Shown: one piece after another, positions 1 to 9,415 of the stretch
Position numbering within the stretch: position 1 is the first letter of the stretch
Layout: every line of letters begins with the position of its first letter
Assembly: GCA_963422375.2 (NCBI GenBank)
Contig: OY729428.2
Span: forward strand, 1,056,001-1,120,000
Reading direction: 5' to 3'
Length of the DNA stretch: 64,000 bases
From: Bryobacterales bacterium
GTDB taxonomy: Bacteria; Acidobacteriota; Terriglobia; Bryobacterales; UBA6623
Program-made: the position numbers and the translations under genes
Notes under the pieces: model-generated
Seen by the model: only the letters and a program-made list of their open reading frames with translations
Database searches by the model: none
What the model was told of the DNA's origin: nothing

Positions 1-75
1 GTCCGCCGAGTCCGTCCGCACGATCGGGATGATTCCTACGTCGAGGATCCTCTGCAATACCTCCCGCTTGCCCAT
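1..75 (-). CDS. eda: 5' end of KDPG/KHG aldolase (runs off the window edge)
   Basis: Hand translation from ATG at 75 gives MGKREVLQRILDVGIIPIVRTDSAD, resembling the Eda N-terminus (GIIPxVR). Only 25 codons are visible. Confidence 0.6.
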   Translation of the reverse strand, partial: MGKREVLQRILDVGIIPIVRTDSAD

Positions 76-219
76 CGTTCCACAATCCCAAGCGGATAAA
101 GTACCAGAGGCGCGCAGCGCACGGCAATGCGCCGCCGGCCATCCGCGCGCCGCACGCGGACGCCGGGCGGGCTGGGCACTCCCCAGAACGGCACGAGCGC
201 AGGTCTACACTGGGAGCTT

Positions 220-1434
220 GTGTCGGACCGGGATCTGGCCCTGAACGGCGGCGACCCGGTGCGCACCGCGCCGTACCCCGCCTGGCCGTCGCTCGCCCCG
301 GGAGATCTGGAGCGCGTCCGGGAGGTGCTCGAAACGCCCCACTGGGGCGGGAGCGGCGACTTCGTGGAAGCCTTCGAGGAAGTCTTCGCCCAGTTCCACG
401 ACTCCGCCTTCGGAGTGGCCGTCTGCAGCGGCAGCATGGCGCTCGAGCTGGCGCTGCACTCCGTCGGACTCGGGCCCGGCGACGAGGTGATCGTGCCCGC
501 GCACAGCTTCATCGCCACCGCCGCGGCCGTCAGCCGCGTGGGCGCGGCACCGATATTCGTGGATATCGAAGCCGCCACCTACAACATCGATCCGAGCTGC
601 GTCCCGGAGGCGCTTTCGGACAGGACGAAGGCGCTGATCCCGGTGCATTTCGGCGGCGTGGTGGCCGACTGCGACAAGCTAGGCGAAATCGCCGACGATC
701 GCGGGCTGCTGCTCATCGAGGACGCGGCCCACGCGCACGGCGCGGAGTGGTTCGGCACGCGGGCCGGGGGGCTCGGCGCGTGCGGGGTCTTCAGCTTCCA
801 GAATTCCAAGGCGATGGTCGCCGGCGAGGGCGGGATCCTCGTTACGAGCGCCGAGAGCGTGGCGGCGAGAGCCCGCTCGATCACCAACGCCGGCAGACTG
901 CCCGACGGAGGCTGGTTCGAGCACTTCGAGCTCGGGACCAACCTGCGCATGACCGGAATCCAAGCGGCTCTTCTCAGCGGCCAGCTGGAGCGGCTGCCCG
1001 AGCAGATCAGGCTCCGGGAAGCGAATTTCTCTCGGTTCCGGGATGGTCTCGAGGTAGTCGAGGGGCTGGAACTGCAGCGCACGACGGAAGGCGCGAGCGT
1101 CCAGACGCGGTACATCGTTCCGGGGCGCGTGTCGAGGGATGCCTTCGGGGCCGGACGCGACGAACTGGTGCAGGCGGTTCAGGCCGAGGGCGTGCCGATA
1201 CGCCCGTTCTACCCGCATCCGCTGTATGCGAACCCGCTGTACCGGAATCTCCCGCACAGGCAGCTCCCGTGCCCGGTTGCCGAGCAGGCTTCGCGCGACT
1301 CGTTCTGGCTGCCGCTGCGGCTCTTCATGGGCACCGAGGAGGACGCAGCGGACGCGGCGCGGGCGATCGCCAAGGTGCATCTCGCCTTCAAGGCGCGCAA
1401 GGAGCCGCCCGCCAACGGCTCGGCCGCCGGATGA
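220..1434 (+). CDS. DegT/DnrJ/EryC1/StrS family PLP-dependent aminotransferase
   Basis: Motifs GPGDEVIVP, IEDAAHAHGA and FSFQNSKAMVAGEGG (PLP lysine). The GTG at 220 (VSDRDLALNGG) is a likelier start than 127. Confidence 0.92.
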   Translation: MSDRDLALNGGDPVRTAPYPAWPSLAPGDLERVREVLETPHWGGSGDFVEAFEEVFAQFHDSAFGVAVCSGSMALELALHSVGLGPGDEVIVPAHSFIATAAAVSRVGAAPIFVDIEAATYNIDPSCVPEALSDRTKALIPVHFGGVVADCDKLGEIADDRGLLLIEDAAHAHGAEWFGTRAGGLGACGVFSFQNSKAMVAGEGGILVTSAESVAARARSITNAGRLPDGGWFEHFELGTNLRMTGIQAALLSGQLERLPEQIRLREANFSRFRDGLEVVEGLELQRTTEGASVQTRYIVPGRVSRDAFGAGRDELVQAVQAEGVPIRPFYPHPLYANPLYRNLPHRQLPCPVAEQASRDSFWLPLRLFMGTEEDAADAARAIAKVHLAFKARKEPPANGSAAG

Positions 1435-1444
1435 GCCCCGCCCG

Positions 1445-3082
1445 TCAGTTCCGCGTCGCGGCCTCGGTCAGCGTGTGAACGCGCCCGGCCGCCAGTCCCT
1501 CGAAGCGCTGGCGAGCGCCGCTTGGCCAGCGGATCGCGACGTCGGCCGCCACGTCGCCTCCGAGTCCGAAATGGAGGCGCAGGTCGTGCTGCGACAGGTA
1601 GCTGCCTCCCCCGCGCACGTCCTGCCGCTGCGTGCCGCCGACGCTCTTGACGGTGACGCGCGCTCCGATGGCGCTGCGATTCGAAGCCGTTCCCTCGAGA
1701 CGGAGAAGAATCCAGTTGCCGACCGTCTCGCCCCTCTGCGCCAGCAGCGCCGGCGGCTCGTTCTGGCTGTTGATCAGCGCTTCCAGCCGGCCGTCGTTGT
1801 CGATATCGGCCACGGCTAGGCCGCGCGCCGCGCGCCGCGCCAGGATTCCCGGTCCGGCCGCCAGCGACACGTCCTCGAAGCGCTTGCCGCCGAGATTGCG
1901 ATACAGCACGGGCCGCTGGCGAAAACTGAGGTCCGACCCGGCGAGACTCTCGACTTCCGGAAAGGCGTGTCCGTTGACCAGGAGCACGTCGCGCCAGCCG
2001 TCGTTGTCGACGTCCACGAACGCGCAGCCCCAGCCGACGAAGCGCGTGTTCACTCCCAGTCCGCGAGCAACCGTGACATCGTCGAAATCGCCCGCGCCGC
2101 GATTAACGTAGAGAGTGGATCGCTCGTCGGAGAAATTCGTGCGGAAGATGTCGTCGCGGGCGTCCCGGTCGATATCGCCGGCAGCGACCCCCATGCCAGA
2201 CAGCGCCCGGCCGTGCTCGTCAAGTGCCGCTCCCCGCACCATGGCCTCGTCCCGAAAAGTGCCGTCGCCCCGGTTCACGTAAAGGATCGACGGTGTCCGG
2301 TCGCATGCCACGTAGATGTCCGCCCAGCCGTCGTCATTGAAGTCGCCGGTCACGGCGCCGAGCGAGTAGTTTCGAGCGCTTGCCGTGACGCCGCTCTCGC
2401 GAGAGACATCGGTGAACCGGCCGGCGTCGTTGCGCAAGAGCTCGTTCGTCGCGAACGGCAGGCCCCGCGGGCCGCACGCGACGGGCATGTCCAAGTAGAA
2501 GCAGTAGGGATTATCGCCCGGCCTCGGGGTGCTCTCGAAGTCGAACTCCAAGTAGTTGGCGACAAACAAGTCGAGGTCTCCGTCGTTGTCGACGTCGACG
2601 AAGGCGCATCCCGTGCTGTAGCTGCGGGAATCCGGCACGGATACGGCGGCGAACCGCCCGTCGCCGGCATTGCGGTAGAGCCTGTTCTCGCCCCAGTACG
2701 TGACGAACAGGTCCGTCCGGCCGTCGTTGTCGAAGTCTCCGGCGCAAACTCCCTGGCCCCAGCCGGAGCTCCGCAATCCGGCCCCCTCGGTGACGTCCTT
2801 GAAGCGCCGGTCGCCGAGATTCTCGTACAGCCTGCTCGTCGAGCCCTCGCCGGAGACGACGAACGCGTCCGGCAGACCGTCTGCGTTATAGTCGAGAAAG
2901 GCTGCTCCGCTGCCCGTTGTCTCGAGAATCCAGTCCTTCCGCGCATCGCCGCCGTTGGGAAACGCGTGCGACAGCCCGGCGCCCTCGGCAATGTCCACGA
3001 AGCGGACCGAGGCTCCGTCAGAAGGGAAGGCGCCGACCAGCAGCATTGCCGGGCCCGCGATCTGCGACAGCCCCGGAGTCAC
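1445..3082 (-). CDS. CRTAC1 family protein (FG-GAP/VCBS repeats plus C-terminal ASPIC/UnbV domain)
   Basis: Repeated D-x-D/N-x-D-G Ca-binding blades; C-terminal SNRSAIGARV and GGSYLSQHDLRLHFGLG. Confidence 0.9.
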   Translation of the reverse strand: MTPGLSQIAGPAMLLVGAFPSDGASVRFVDIAEGAGLSHAFPNGGDARKDWILETTGSGAAFLDYNADGLPDAFVVSGEGSTSRLYENLGDRRFKDVTEGAGLRSSGWGQGVCAGDFDNDGRTDLFVTYWGENRLYRNAGDGRFAAVSVPDSRSYSTGCAFVDVDNDGDLDLFVANYLEFDFESTPRPGDNPYCFYLDMPVACGPRGLPFATNELLRNDAGRFTDVSRESGVTASARNYSLGAVTGDFNDDGWADIYVACDRTPSILYVNRGDGTFRDEAMVRGAALDEHGRALSGMGVAAGDIDRDARDDIFRTNFSDERSTLYVNRGAGDFDDVTVARGLGVNTRFVGWGCAFVDVDNDGWRDVLLVNGHAFPEVESLAGSDLSFRQRPVLYRNLGGKRFEDVSLAAGPGILARRAARGLAVADIDNDGRLEALINSQNEPPALLAQRGETVGNWILLRLEGTASNRSAIGARVTVKSVGGTQRQDVRGGGSYLSQHDLRLHFGLGGDVAADVAIRWPSGARQRFEGLAAGRVHTLTEAATRN

Positions 3083-4113
3083 GGATTCTCGCCGATCCGC
3101 TTGAGGAAGTCACTGAACTCGCCGCCGGACGGGGCCTGCAGTTCCTCGAGAGCCTCCTGTATCCGTCGCGCGTCATCCCGGCGGCCCGCATTTCGGTAGG
3201 CAAGCATCAGGCTGTAGTGCGCCGGTTCGCTCCGAGGCTGCAGTGTCAGGGCTCGCTCCAGCAGGCTGATCGCTTCGTCGAACCGCTCCATTCGCCCGCG
3301 CTCCTTCGCCACCGCGATTAACGCTTCGGGGAAGTCCCCGTCCAGCGCGACGGCACGCTCGAAGTGAGCCAGCGCCTCGTCCGCCCTGCCCTGCACGTGC
3401 AGGATCTGGCCGACTTGGAATTCCGCCACGGCGTCGTTCGGATTCAGTTCCAGCTCGGCGCGGAATTCCGCGAGAGCCTCGTCCAGAGCCGCGGGATCGT
3501 GGGAACGCATCAGCAGCGCCCGCCCCAAGCGGTAGTGCAGGTTGAGGGTGCCGGGAGCCCTGTCGATCGCCTTGCGGTACTCCCGCACTGCGTCGTCGTA
3601 GCGTCCCTGAATCTCGAAGATCTCCGCCGAGAGCTGGTTCACGCGGAACGACGAAGGAGCCGCGCCAAACATCGCTGCGACAGCCTCGTTCCAGCCCTTG
3701 AGGTGCAGCCGCGCCGTCTCGTAGAGAACGTCCGCGTCGGCCGGGTGCTCGGACCGCAGGCCCGCGAGCAGCGCCAGGGCCGCGTCGAACCGCTTGCCGG
3801 CGATCGAGCACCGTGCGGCTGCCAGCCCGGCAAGCCTGGAAGTCAGGGGTTCGCTGCCCTGTGCCGCGAGAACCAGCTGCGGCAGGACTTCAGCGCACTG
3901 CCCGAGAGAGGCATCGACTATGGCTTTGAGGGCCGACGCTCGCAGGTCGGTCGAAGCGGCAAAGCGTGCCCTGGCCGCTGTCAGGTCACCGCTTTCGAAC
4001 AGACTCAGCCCTTCCCTGAACGGCTGGTCCGCCCAGGCCCTGCCGCCAGCGAATCCGGTAAGCGTGAGCGTGAGCGTGAGCGCCCAAGCGGGCAAGCGGC
4101 TAGTGGCCGGCAT
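3079..4113 (-). CDS. Exported tetratricopeptide-repeat protein
   Basis: Signal-peptide-like N-terminus and TPR-like helices (YRKAIDRAP, FRAELELNPND, FERAVALDGD). Overlaps the CRTAC1 start by 4 nt. Confidence 0.85.
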   Translation of the reverse strand: MPATSRLPAWALTLTLTLTGFAGGRAWADQPFREGLSLFESGDLTAARARFAASTDLRASALKAIVDASLGQCAEVLPQLVLAAQGSEPLTSRLAGLAAARCSIAGKRFDAALALLAGLRSEHPADADVLYETARLHLKGWNEAVAAMFGAAPSSFRVNQLSAEIFEIQGRYDDAVREYRKAIDRAPGTLNLHYRLGRALLMRSHDPAALDEALAEFRAELELNPNDAVAEFQVGQILHVQGRADEALAHFERAVALDGDFPEALIAVAKERGRMERFDEAISLLERALTLQPRSEPAHYSLMLAYRNAGRRDDARRIQEALEELQAPSGGEFSDFLKRIGENP

Positions 4114-5214
4114 CGTCCATCATGAGGTCCAGCTCGCCGAAGCGGTGGTTCCTGCGATCCTCCAAATACCGGAAGGCCAGAAGCGGCGGCTCGCCCGGAG
4201 CTAGGGTCTCTGGCGGCCGGAGTCGCTCGGAGGACGCCACGCCGATGCCGTCGATCCGCCCCGAACGCGCAAGCCTCTCTAGAAGCGCGGCCTCCTCCTC
4301 GGCGTTTCCGAGCCCTCGCGGCAACACACTGGCCGCCAGCACGACGAGCACGGATAGGCGGAGCACTGAGCGTCCCTCGAGGACCCGTCCCTTCAGAGTA
4401 GCGCGGAGCTTCCGACCGCGCGGTCAGATCGCGATGCACCCCGTCCTAGGCGTGCGCGCCTCGACTCGCACCAGCGGGTCTTCGCCGGCCCGAGCCCGCT
4501 CGCGGACCGGTGCGCCCGCTTCCGAGGGGCCTTGGACCGCGAGGAGCTGTACGCCCGCACCCAGCTTGGGCTCTCCGGAAAGGACATCTTCCTCAAGCGC
4601 CTGCATCCCGACTGACGCGCAATCCTCGGCCGCTAGCCTCTCCTACCCCTCTCCAATCGCCCGACCGTACGTTTCCCGTGCCAAGCCTCTCGTCAGTTCT
4701 CGCCGAGAGGCGACGGCGAGCGGAGTTCTCGCACGCATTGCAGGAGGCGATGGACGATTTATTCCGACAACAGCGAACGGAGAATCGTCAACCGGGGCGG
4801 TCCTTCATCCACCACGATCTACCCGGCGTCGCTGTGAAGGCGATCCCAGGCGTGGTCGAATCCGCACGGCAGGCCTCGCCATAGAGCAATCTGCGGCAAG
4901 CGGTCGGTGAGGCAATGCTGGGTCGCTAGCGGTTGCTCCCGCTCGGAATATCGTGCATACGGGCAGGGACACCGACTAATCGGCTTCGACCCCATCGACG
5001 GTCTCCGGCTGGGTGCCCGCGGTCCAAGCGAAACGGTGGGGAGTCGGCCCGCTCGGGCTCTTCTCGCGCGCCTTGTCCATCGCCGACGCCTGCCAGCGCT
5101 CCGGCGGCAGCAGCACCTAGCCGCCGTTTCGCGCGCAGGCTGCCAGGCTCGGCTGCGTTGTTGTCCTGCGGGCCGCACGGGTCGACCTCAAGCACGCGCA
5201 GCGACCTTGGGTCT

Positions 5215-6501
5215 CTATGCAACTCCGCCCGGGCGAATCGCCAGCCAGTCTGCGCAGCTCCGAAACACGTCCTCCGGTCGCAGCGCCCCCCGCACCTCGA
5301 ACAACGGGAAATCGGGCGGGCCGATCACTAGCAACGCGTCCATTCCCACGCCCACGTACAGGAAAGCGGTGTTCCGGCGATACTCGGCGTACTTCCCGCA
5401 TTCCCTCCAGATGTACTCGTGGAAGACCTCCAGATCGACGTACGTGCCGAGCATGTCGGCCTGCGTCGGAATCGGACTGGCCTCCTCCTGGTCCGAGTAG
5501 ATGAGCAGGCTGCTGAAGGGCTTGACCTTGTTGCGGATCCCGAACGTGACGATCGCCACCGAGGGACGGGCGCGGCGAATGGCCTGCACCGTCGCCCACT
5601 CCACGAATGTGTTGTTGATCAGCAGGGTGCCGTTTCCGTTAAGCAGCACCGACTGCAGGAAATCCTGCATCACGGGGTCGCGCCCGGCCGCGCGCCGCAA
5701 CGCGCCCGGGTTCATCCTCCGCAGACGCTCCCCGAGCTGGCGGGGACCGGGTATCCTCTCCTGCGTCACGAGGTCGTTCACCTCACGCATCAGCACGCGT
5801 CGCAGGTCCTCGAGGCGCTGGTAGCTCAGACCGACCCAGCCTTCGAACGTCTGGGCCAGCCGCATGACCGGGTCTTCGGCTTCAACAACCCACCCGTCGA
5901 ACGGATTGCGGGCGCGCTGGGCGGCATACAGGTCGAAGATGCCGGGCGCGCGCGCGGCCCGGGGGGCCCCGCTGAGAAGCTTGGCGAGATAGTCTGCCAG
6001 CGCGTCAACACCCGAAAGGTCCAGCTGCAGCAGGCGCCCGCGCTCCTGCAGCCGCGTCCACATCCTGTCCGGTCCCATCGGCAGCTCGGGGGGCGACACC
6101 ACCACGACGAGCCGGGGGTTTCCCGACTGAAGGATCTCCTCGTCCAGCAGCGGATCGATCTTGGCGAATGCCGCGGTGACGGCCTCCCTCCATTCGGCCA
6201 AATGGGGATTCCGCTGCAGGTAGTCCACGTGCTCAAGCGTGAACTTGGTCGTTCTCCAAGGCCCTCCTCGGATGTCCATCTTGCGCTCGACCTCGAGCAG
6301 CGGCGCAAAGAGCTGCTCCACCGCCTGCGCCGGCGAGCGGTCGAGCATCCCGAACAGGCGCTCGAAATAGCCCTGCTCCGCCGGGAAAAGCTTGCTCCAC
6401 TCCTTGATCCGGTCAAGCGAGTACACGGAAAACGTCACCGGCAGCCGGTCGAAGAGGCCCCCGTCGATCAGCCTCCGGATGGCCGGGCTGTACTTCTGCA
6501 T
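5215..6501 (-). CDS. Hypothetical protein (about 428 aa)
   Basis: Long ORF with host-like codon usage and globular composition. Likely start MQKYSP at 6501. No motif recognised. Confidence 0.75.
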   Translation of the reverse strand: MQKYSPAIRRLIDGGLFDRLPVTFSVYSLDRIKEWSKLFPAEQGYFERLFGMLDRSPAQAVEQLFAPLLEVERKMDIRGGPWRTTKFTLEHVDYLQRNPHLAEWREAVTAAFAKIDPLLDEEILQSGNPRLVVVVSPPELPMGPDRMWTRLQERGRLLQLDLSGVDALADYLAKLLSGAPRAARAPGIFDLYAAQRARNPFDGWVVEAEDPVMRLAQTFEGWVGLSYQRLEDLRRVLMREVNDLVTQERIPGPRQLGERLRRMNPGALRRAAGRDPVMQDFLQSVLLNGNGTLLINNTFVEWATVQAIRRARPSVAIVTFGIRNKVKPFSSLLIYSDQEEASPIPTQADMLGTYVDLEVFHEYIWRECGKYAEYRRNTAFLYVGVGMDALLVIGPPDFPLFEVRGALRPEDVFRSCADWLAIRPGGVA

Positions 6502-6759
6502 CTCGCCCCCGGGCCCGCCAGTGAATTGCGGCTCGCCAACAGCGGCCCAAGTGCCGCCGCCTCTCGCGCTTGGAACTGCAGAGCCGCCGGGCCCCCACTG
6601 AACGCTCGGCCCGATCACCGTGGCTAACGGCCCAAGGCCGCCTCGCCCGGGCCCCGCGCAACGCCACCGAACGCCATCATTCTACAGCCCGGTCCGCCTG
6701 CCTGCGGGGACAGCGCCGTTGCCTCGCTCTCGCTTGCGACAATCGGAGCAGGCAGCACC

Positions 6760-7065
6760 ATGATTCACGTCGTCGCTTCGATCCGCGCCAAGGAAGGCAG
6801 GCTTGACGAGTACATCCAGCGCTTCAAGGAGAACGTGCCGAACGTCCTCGCCGAGGACGGCTGCATCGAGTACGCCCCGTGCCTGGATGCCAGCACCGGG
6901 TGGCCGGCCCAGGACTTGGATCCGCGACGCATGACCGTGATCGAGAAGTGGGAGAGCATGGCCGCGTTGCAGGCCCACGCCCGCGCTGCGCACATGGTCG
7001 CCTTCCGGAAGAAGGCCGGCCACCTCGTCGAGTCGTTGTCCCTCCAAGTGGTCGAGGCCGATTGA
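6760..7065 (+). CDS. ABM-family putative quinol monooxygenase (YgiN-like)
   Basis: MIHVVASIRAKEG, VLAEDGCIEY, IEKWESMAALQAH and AHM patterns. Confidence 0.88.
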   Translation: MIHVVASIRAKEGRLDEYIQRFKENVPNVLAEDGCIEYAPCLDASTGWPAQDLDPRRMTVIEKWESMAALQAHARAAHMVAFRKKAGHLVESLSLQVVEAD

Positions 7066-7102
7066 GGCCCTCCGACGGACGCCGCCGGGTACGAGAGCGG
7101 AC

Positions 7103-7783
7103 TCAGCCCGCCTCCTGGATCAGTCCTCGTCTACGGGACTTGTCCTTGATGCCTCGGAATAGCGAGGAGCAGAGGTACATGAGCGGCGTGTCCGCGGCCG
7201 CCACCAAGAGCTTGTAGACGTAGCTGGCCAGGATCACCGCGGCGATCACCGACCCCGGCTGGTCTCCGTACAGCAGAATGGTCACCACCGCGACCGTGTC
7301 GACGAGCTGGCTCAGCATCGTCGATGCGTTGTTCCGCAGCCAGAGATGGCGGCCGTTCGTCAGCCTGCGCCAGAAGTGATACAGGCGCACGTCCACGAAC
7401 TGCGCGGTCAGGTAGGCCACCATGCTCGCGAAGATGGCCCGCGCGCTCTGCCCGAAGACCGCGAGGTAATGCTCCTGGACTGCTTCGGTCTGGATGTGGG
7501 ATACGGGGAGCACGCGCCCGACGTACAGCACCCCGAGCATGTACACGCTGACCAGGAACCCCGTCAAGACGATCGCGTCGGCCCGCTTCTTGCCGTAGAG
7601 CTCGCTGATGAGATCGGTGCAGAGGAACGTGATCGGGTACGGCAGCACTCCGGCGCTGATCGTGGCAAGGCCGACGAAGGGCAGCTGGACGTCCACGAAC
7701 TTGAAAATGATCGAGTTCGCCAGCACTAGGCTGGACAAGAAAAGTCCCGAAAGGACCAGAAACACGTAGTCGTAGCGCGTCAC
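7103..7783 (-). CDS. yhhQ: Queuosine precursor transporter (VUT/YhhQ family)
   Basis: Multi-TM protein with YPITFLCTDLISELYG, ASMVAYLTAQFVDV, LWLRNNASTMLSQLVDT and DTP motifs. Start moved to GTG 7783 so it does not overlap the divergent gene. Confidence 0.88.
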   Translation of the reverse strand: MTRYDYVFLVLSGLFLSSLVLANSIIFKFVDVQLPFVGLATISAGVLPYPITFLCTDLISELYGKKRADAIVLTGFLVSVYMLGVLYVGRVLPVSHIQTEAVQEHYLAVFGQSARAIFASMVAYLTAQFVDVRLYHFWRRLTNGRHLWLRNNASTMLSQLVDTVAVVTILLYGDQPGSVIAAVILASYVYKLLVAAADTPLMYLCSSLFRGIKDKSRRRGLIQEAG

Positions 7784-7815
7784 TCGGAAGACCCCGGCGG
7801 TAACATAAGGGTGCC

Positions 7816-9180
7816 ATGCTATCCGCGCCCGGCCTGAATCGTCGTCAGACGATCCGCTCTCTCGCCGGAGGGGGCCTGCTGCTTCCCGGCCTGCTGTCCG
7901 AGATGCTAGGCGCTTCGGCCGACCCGCTCGCTCCCAAGACGCCACACCACTCCGCGAAGGCGAAGCAGGTGATCTTCCTGTTCATGACCGGGGGCGTCTC
8001 GCACGTCGACACCTTCGACCCGAAGCCGTTCCTGCGAGAGAACCACGACCAGCCGCACGGGAAGAACCGCGTCTACAAGGGCGCCGACTGGGACTTCCGC
8101 CCGTACGGGCGAAGCGGCACTGAGGTCAGCGACCTGTTCCCCGAGATCGGCAAGGTGATCGACGAGATCGCGGTGGTCCGCTCGATGAAGAACATCAACG
8201 GAGACCACTTCGGCGCGACGCTCGGCATCCACACCGGCTCTGCGACGTTCAAGCGGCCGAGCATCGGGTCCTGGGTCAGCTACGGCTTGGGCACGTTGAA
8301 CCGGAACCTCCCGTCGTTCATGGTGATCGCGCCGGAAATCCCGTACGCGGGAGGCCAGGTGTGGGGCTCGGACTTCCTGCCGGTGCTGCACCAAGGCACG
8401 CGCATCATGCCCGGCGACGAGCCGATCGCGCACGTGAGCCGCCGCAACGCGGCCGCGCAGCAGCGAACCGAATTGGACATGCTCGAGTATTTCAACCGGC
8501 AGCACTTGCGAGGCCGGGAGCGGGACTCGAACCTGACAGCGCGCATCAAGTCCTTTGAGACCGCGTTCGGGATGCAGGCCGAAGCCCCGGAGGCGTTCGA
8601 CCTCGCGGGCGAGTCCGACGCCACCCTGAAGATGTACGGGCTGGAGCGCGGCAGCACCGAGAGTTTCGCTTGGCAGTGCCTTGTCGCCCGACGGCTGGTC
8701 GAGCGCGGAGTGCGCTTCGTGGAGCTCATCGACGGCGGCACGATGCTGGACCGGAACTGGGACTCGCATGCCAAAATGGCGAACTACAACAGGCTCGCCA
8801 GGAACGTCGACCGCCCGATCGGAGCACTGGTCCGGGACCTGCGGGCGCGCGGGATGCTGGACGAAACCATGGTGGCGTGGACGACCGAGTTCGGGCGGAC
8901 TCCGACGTGCCCGTCGCCGGGCGCCGAGGGGCGCGGCCACCACGCGCGGGTCTACAGCTCGTGGCTGGCCGGCGGCGGGATCAAGGGCGGCACGGTCTAC
9001 GGCGCAAGCGACGAGATGGGCTTCGATGTCGCCGAGAACCCCGTCTCCGTGCATGACTTCCAAGCCACGATTCTGGACCGCCTCGGAATGGACCACGAGC
9101 GCCTAACCTACCGCCACGCAGGTCGCGACTTCCGTCTCACGGACGTCCACGGCTCGGTGGTGCGGGATCTGCTTGCCTGA
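7816..9180 (+). CDS. DUF1501 domain-containing protein (Tat-like leader)
   Basis: LNRR leader; IFLFMTGGVSHVDTFDPKP, RPSIGSWVSYGLG, ARRLVERGVRFVE, WDSH, TEFGRTP and GRDFRLTDVHG. Confidence 0.9.
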   Translation: MLSAPGLNRRQTIRSLAGGGLLLPGLLSEMLGASADPLAPKTPHHSAKAKQVIFLFMTGGVSHVDTFDPKPFLRENHDQPHGKNRVYKGADWDFRPYGRSGTEVSDLFPEIGKVIDEIAVVRSMKNINGDHFGATLGIHTGSATFKRPSIGSWVSYGLGTLNRNLPSFMVIAPEIPYAGGQVWGSDFLPVLHQGTRIMPGDEPIAHVSRRNAAAQQRTELDMLEYFNRQHLRGRERDSNLTARIKSFETAFGMQAEAPEAFDLAGESDATLKMYGLERGSTESFAWQCLVARRLVERGVRFVELIDGGTMLDRNWDSHAKMANYNRLARNVDRPIGALVRDLRARGMLDETMVAWTTEFGRTPTCPSPGAEGRGHHARVYSSWLAGGGIKGGTVYGASDEMGFDVAENPVSVHDFQATILDRLGMDHERLTYRHAGRDFRLTDVHGSVVRDLLA

Positions 9181-9415
9181 GCCGGGTCGCGGTCCGAAGG
9201 CCGGAATCGGCAACGAACGCGCCGCCTCCACCGGCAGGGCGGCCGGGTGAATCCGCCAAACCGTGAGATCGCGCCCGGCTGCGGTCCGGCCTCGCACCCG
9301 CAGGATCCGGCATCGGTCTATACTGGATCCGGTGGGGTTGGACACTCGAAAGGAGCGTCTGTACCCAGCTCTTGCGATTTTACGGCCTAACGGCCGCCTT
9401 AGGAGGAAACTGTAC

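Noticed and set aside
4061..4082. (AGCGTG)x3.7 tandem repeat as a phase-variation tract
   Set aside because: The hexamer unit keeps the frame and only encodes Leu-Thr repeats in a signal peptide.
4100..4606. Selenoprotein read-through at TGA 4424-4426 (GCIAI*)
   Set aside because: The spacing is not CxxU/UxxC, no redox-fold similarity or convincing SECIS hairpin is visible, and a second in-frame stop lies upstream.
7784..7815. preQ1 riboswitch upstream of yhhQ
   Set aside because: Only 32 bp of intergenic space, with no A-rich tail or preQ1 stem-loop consensus.
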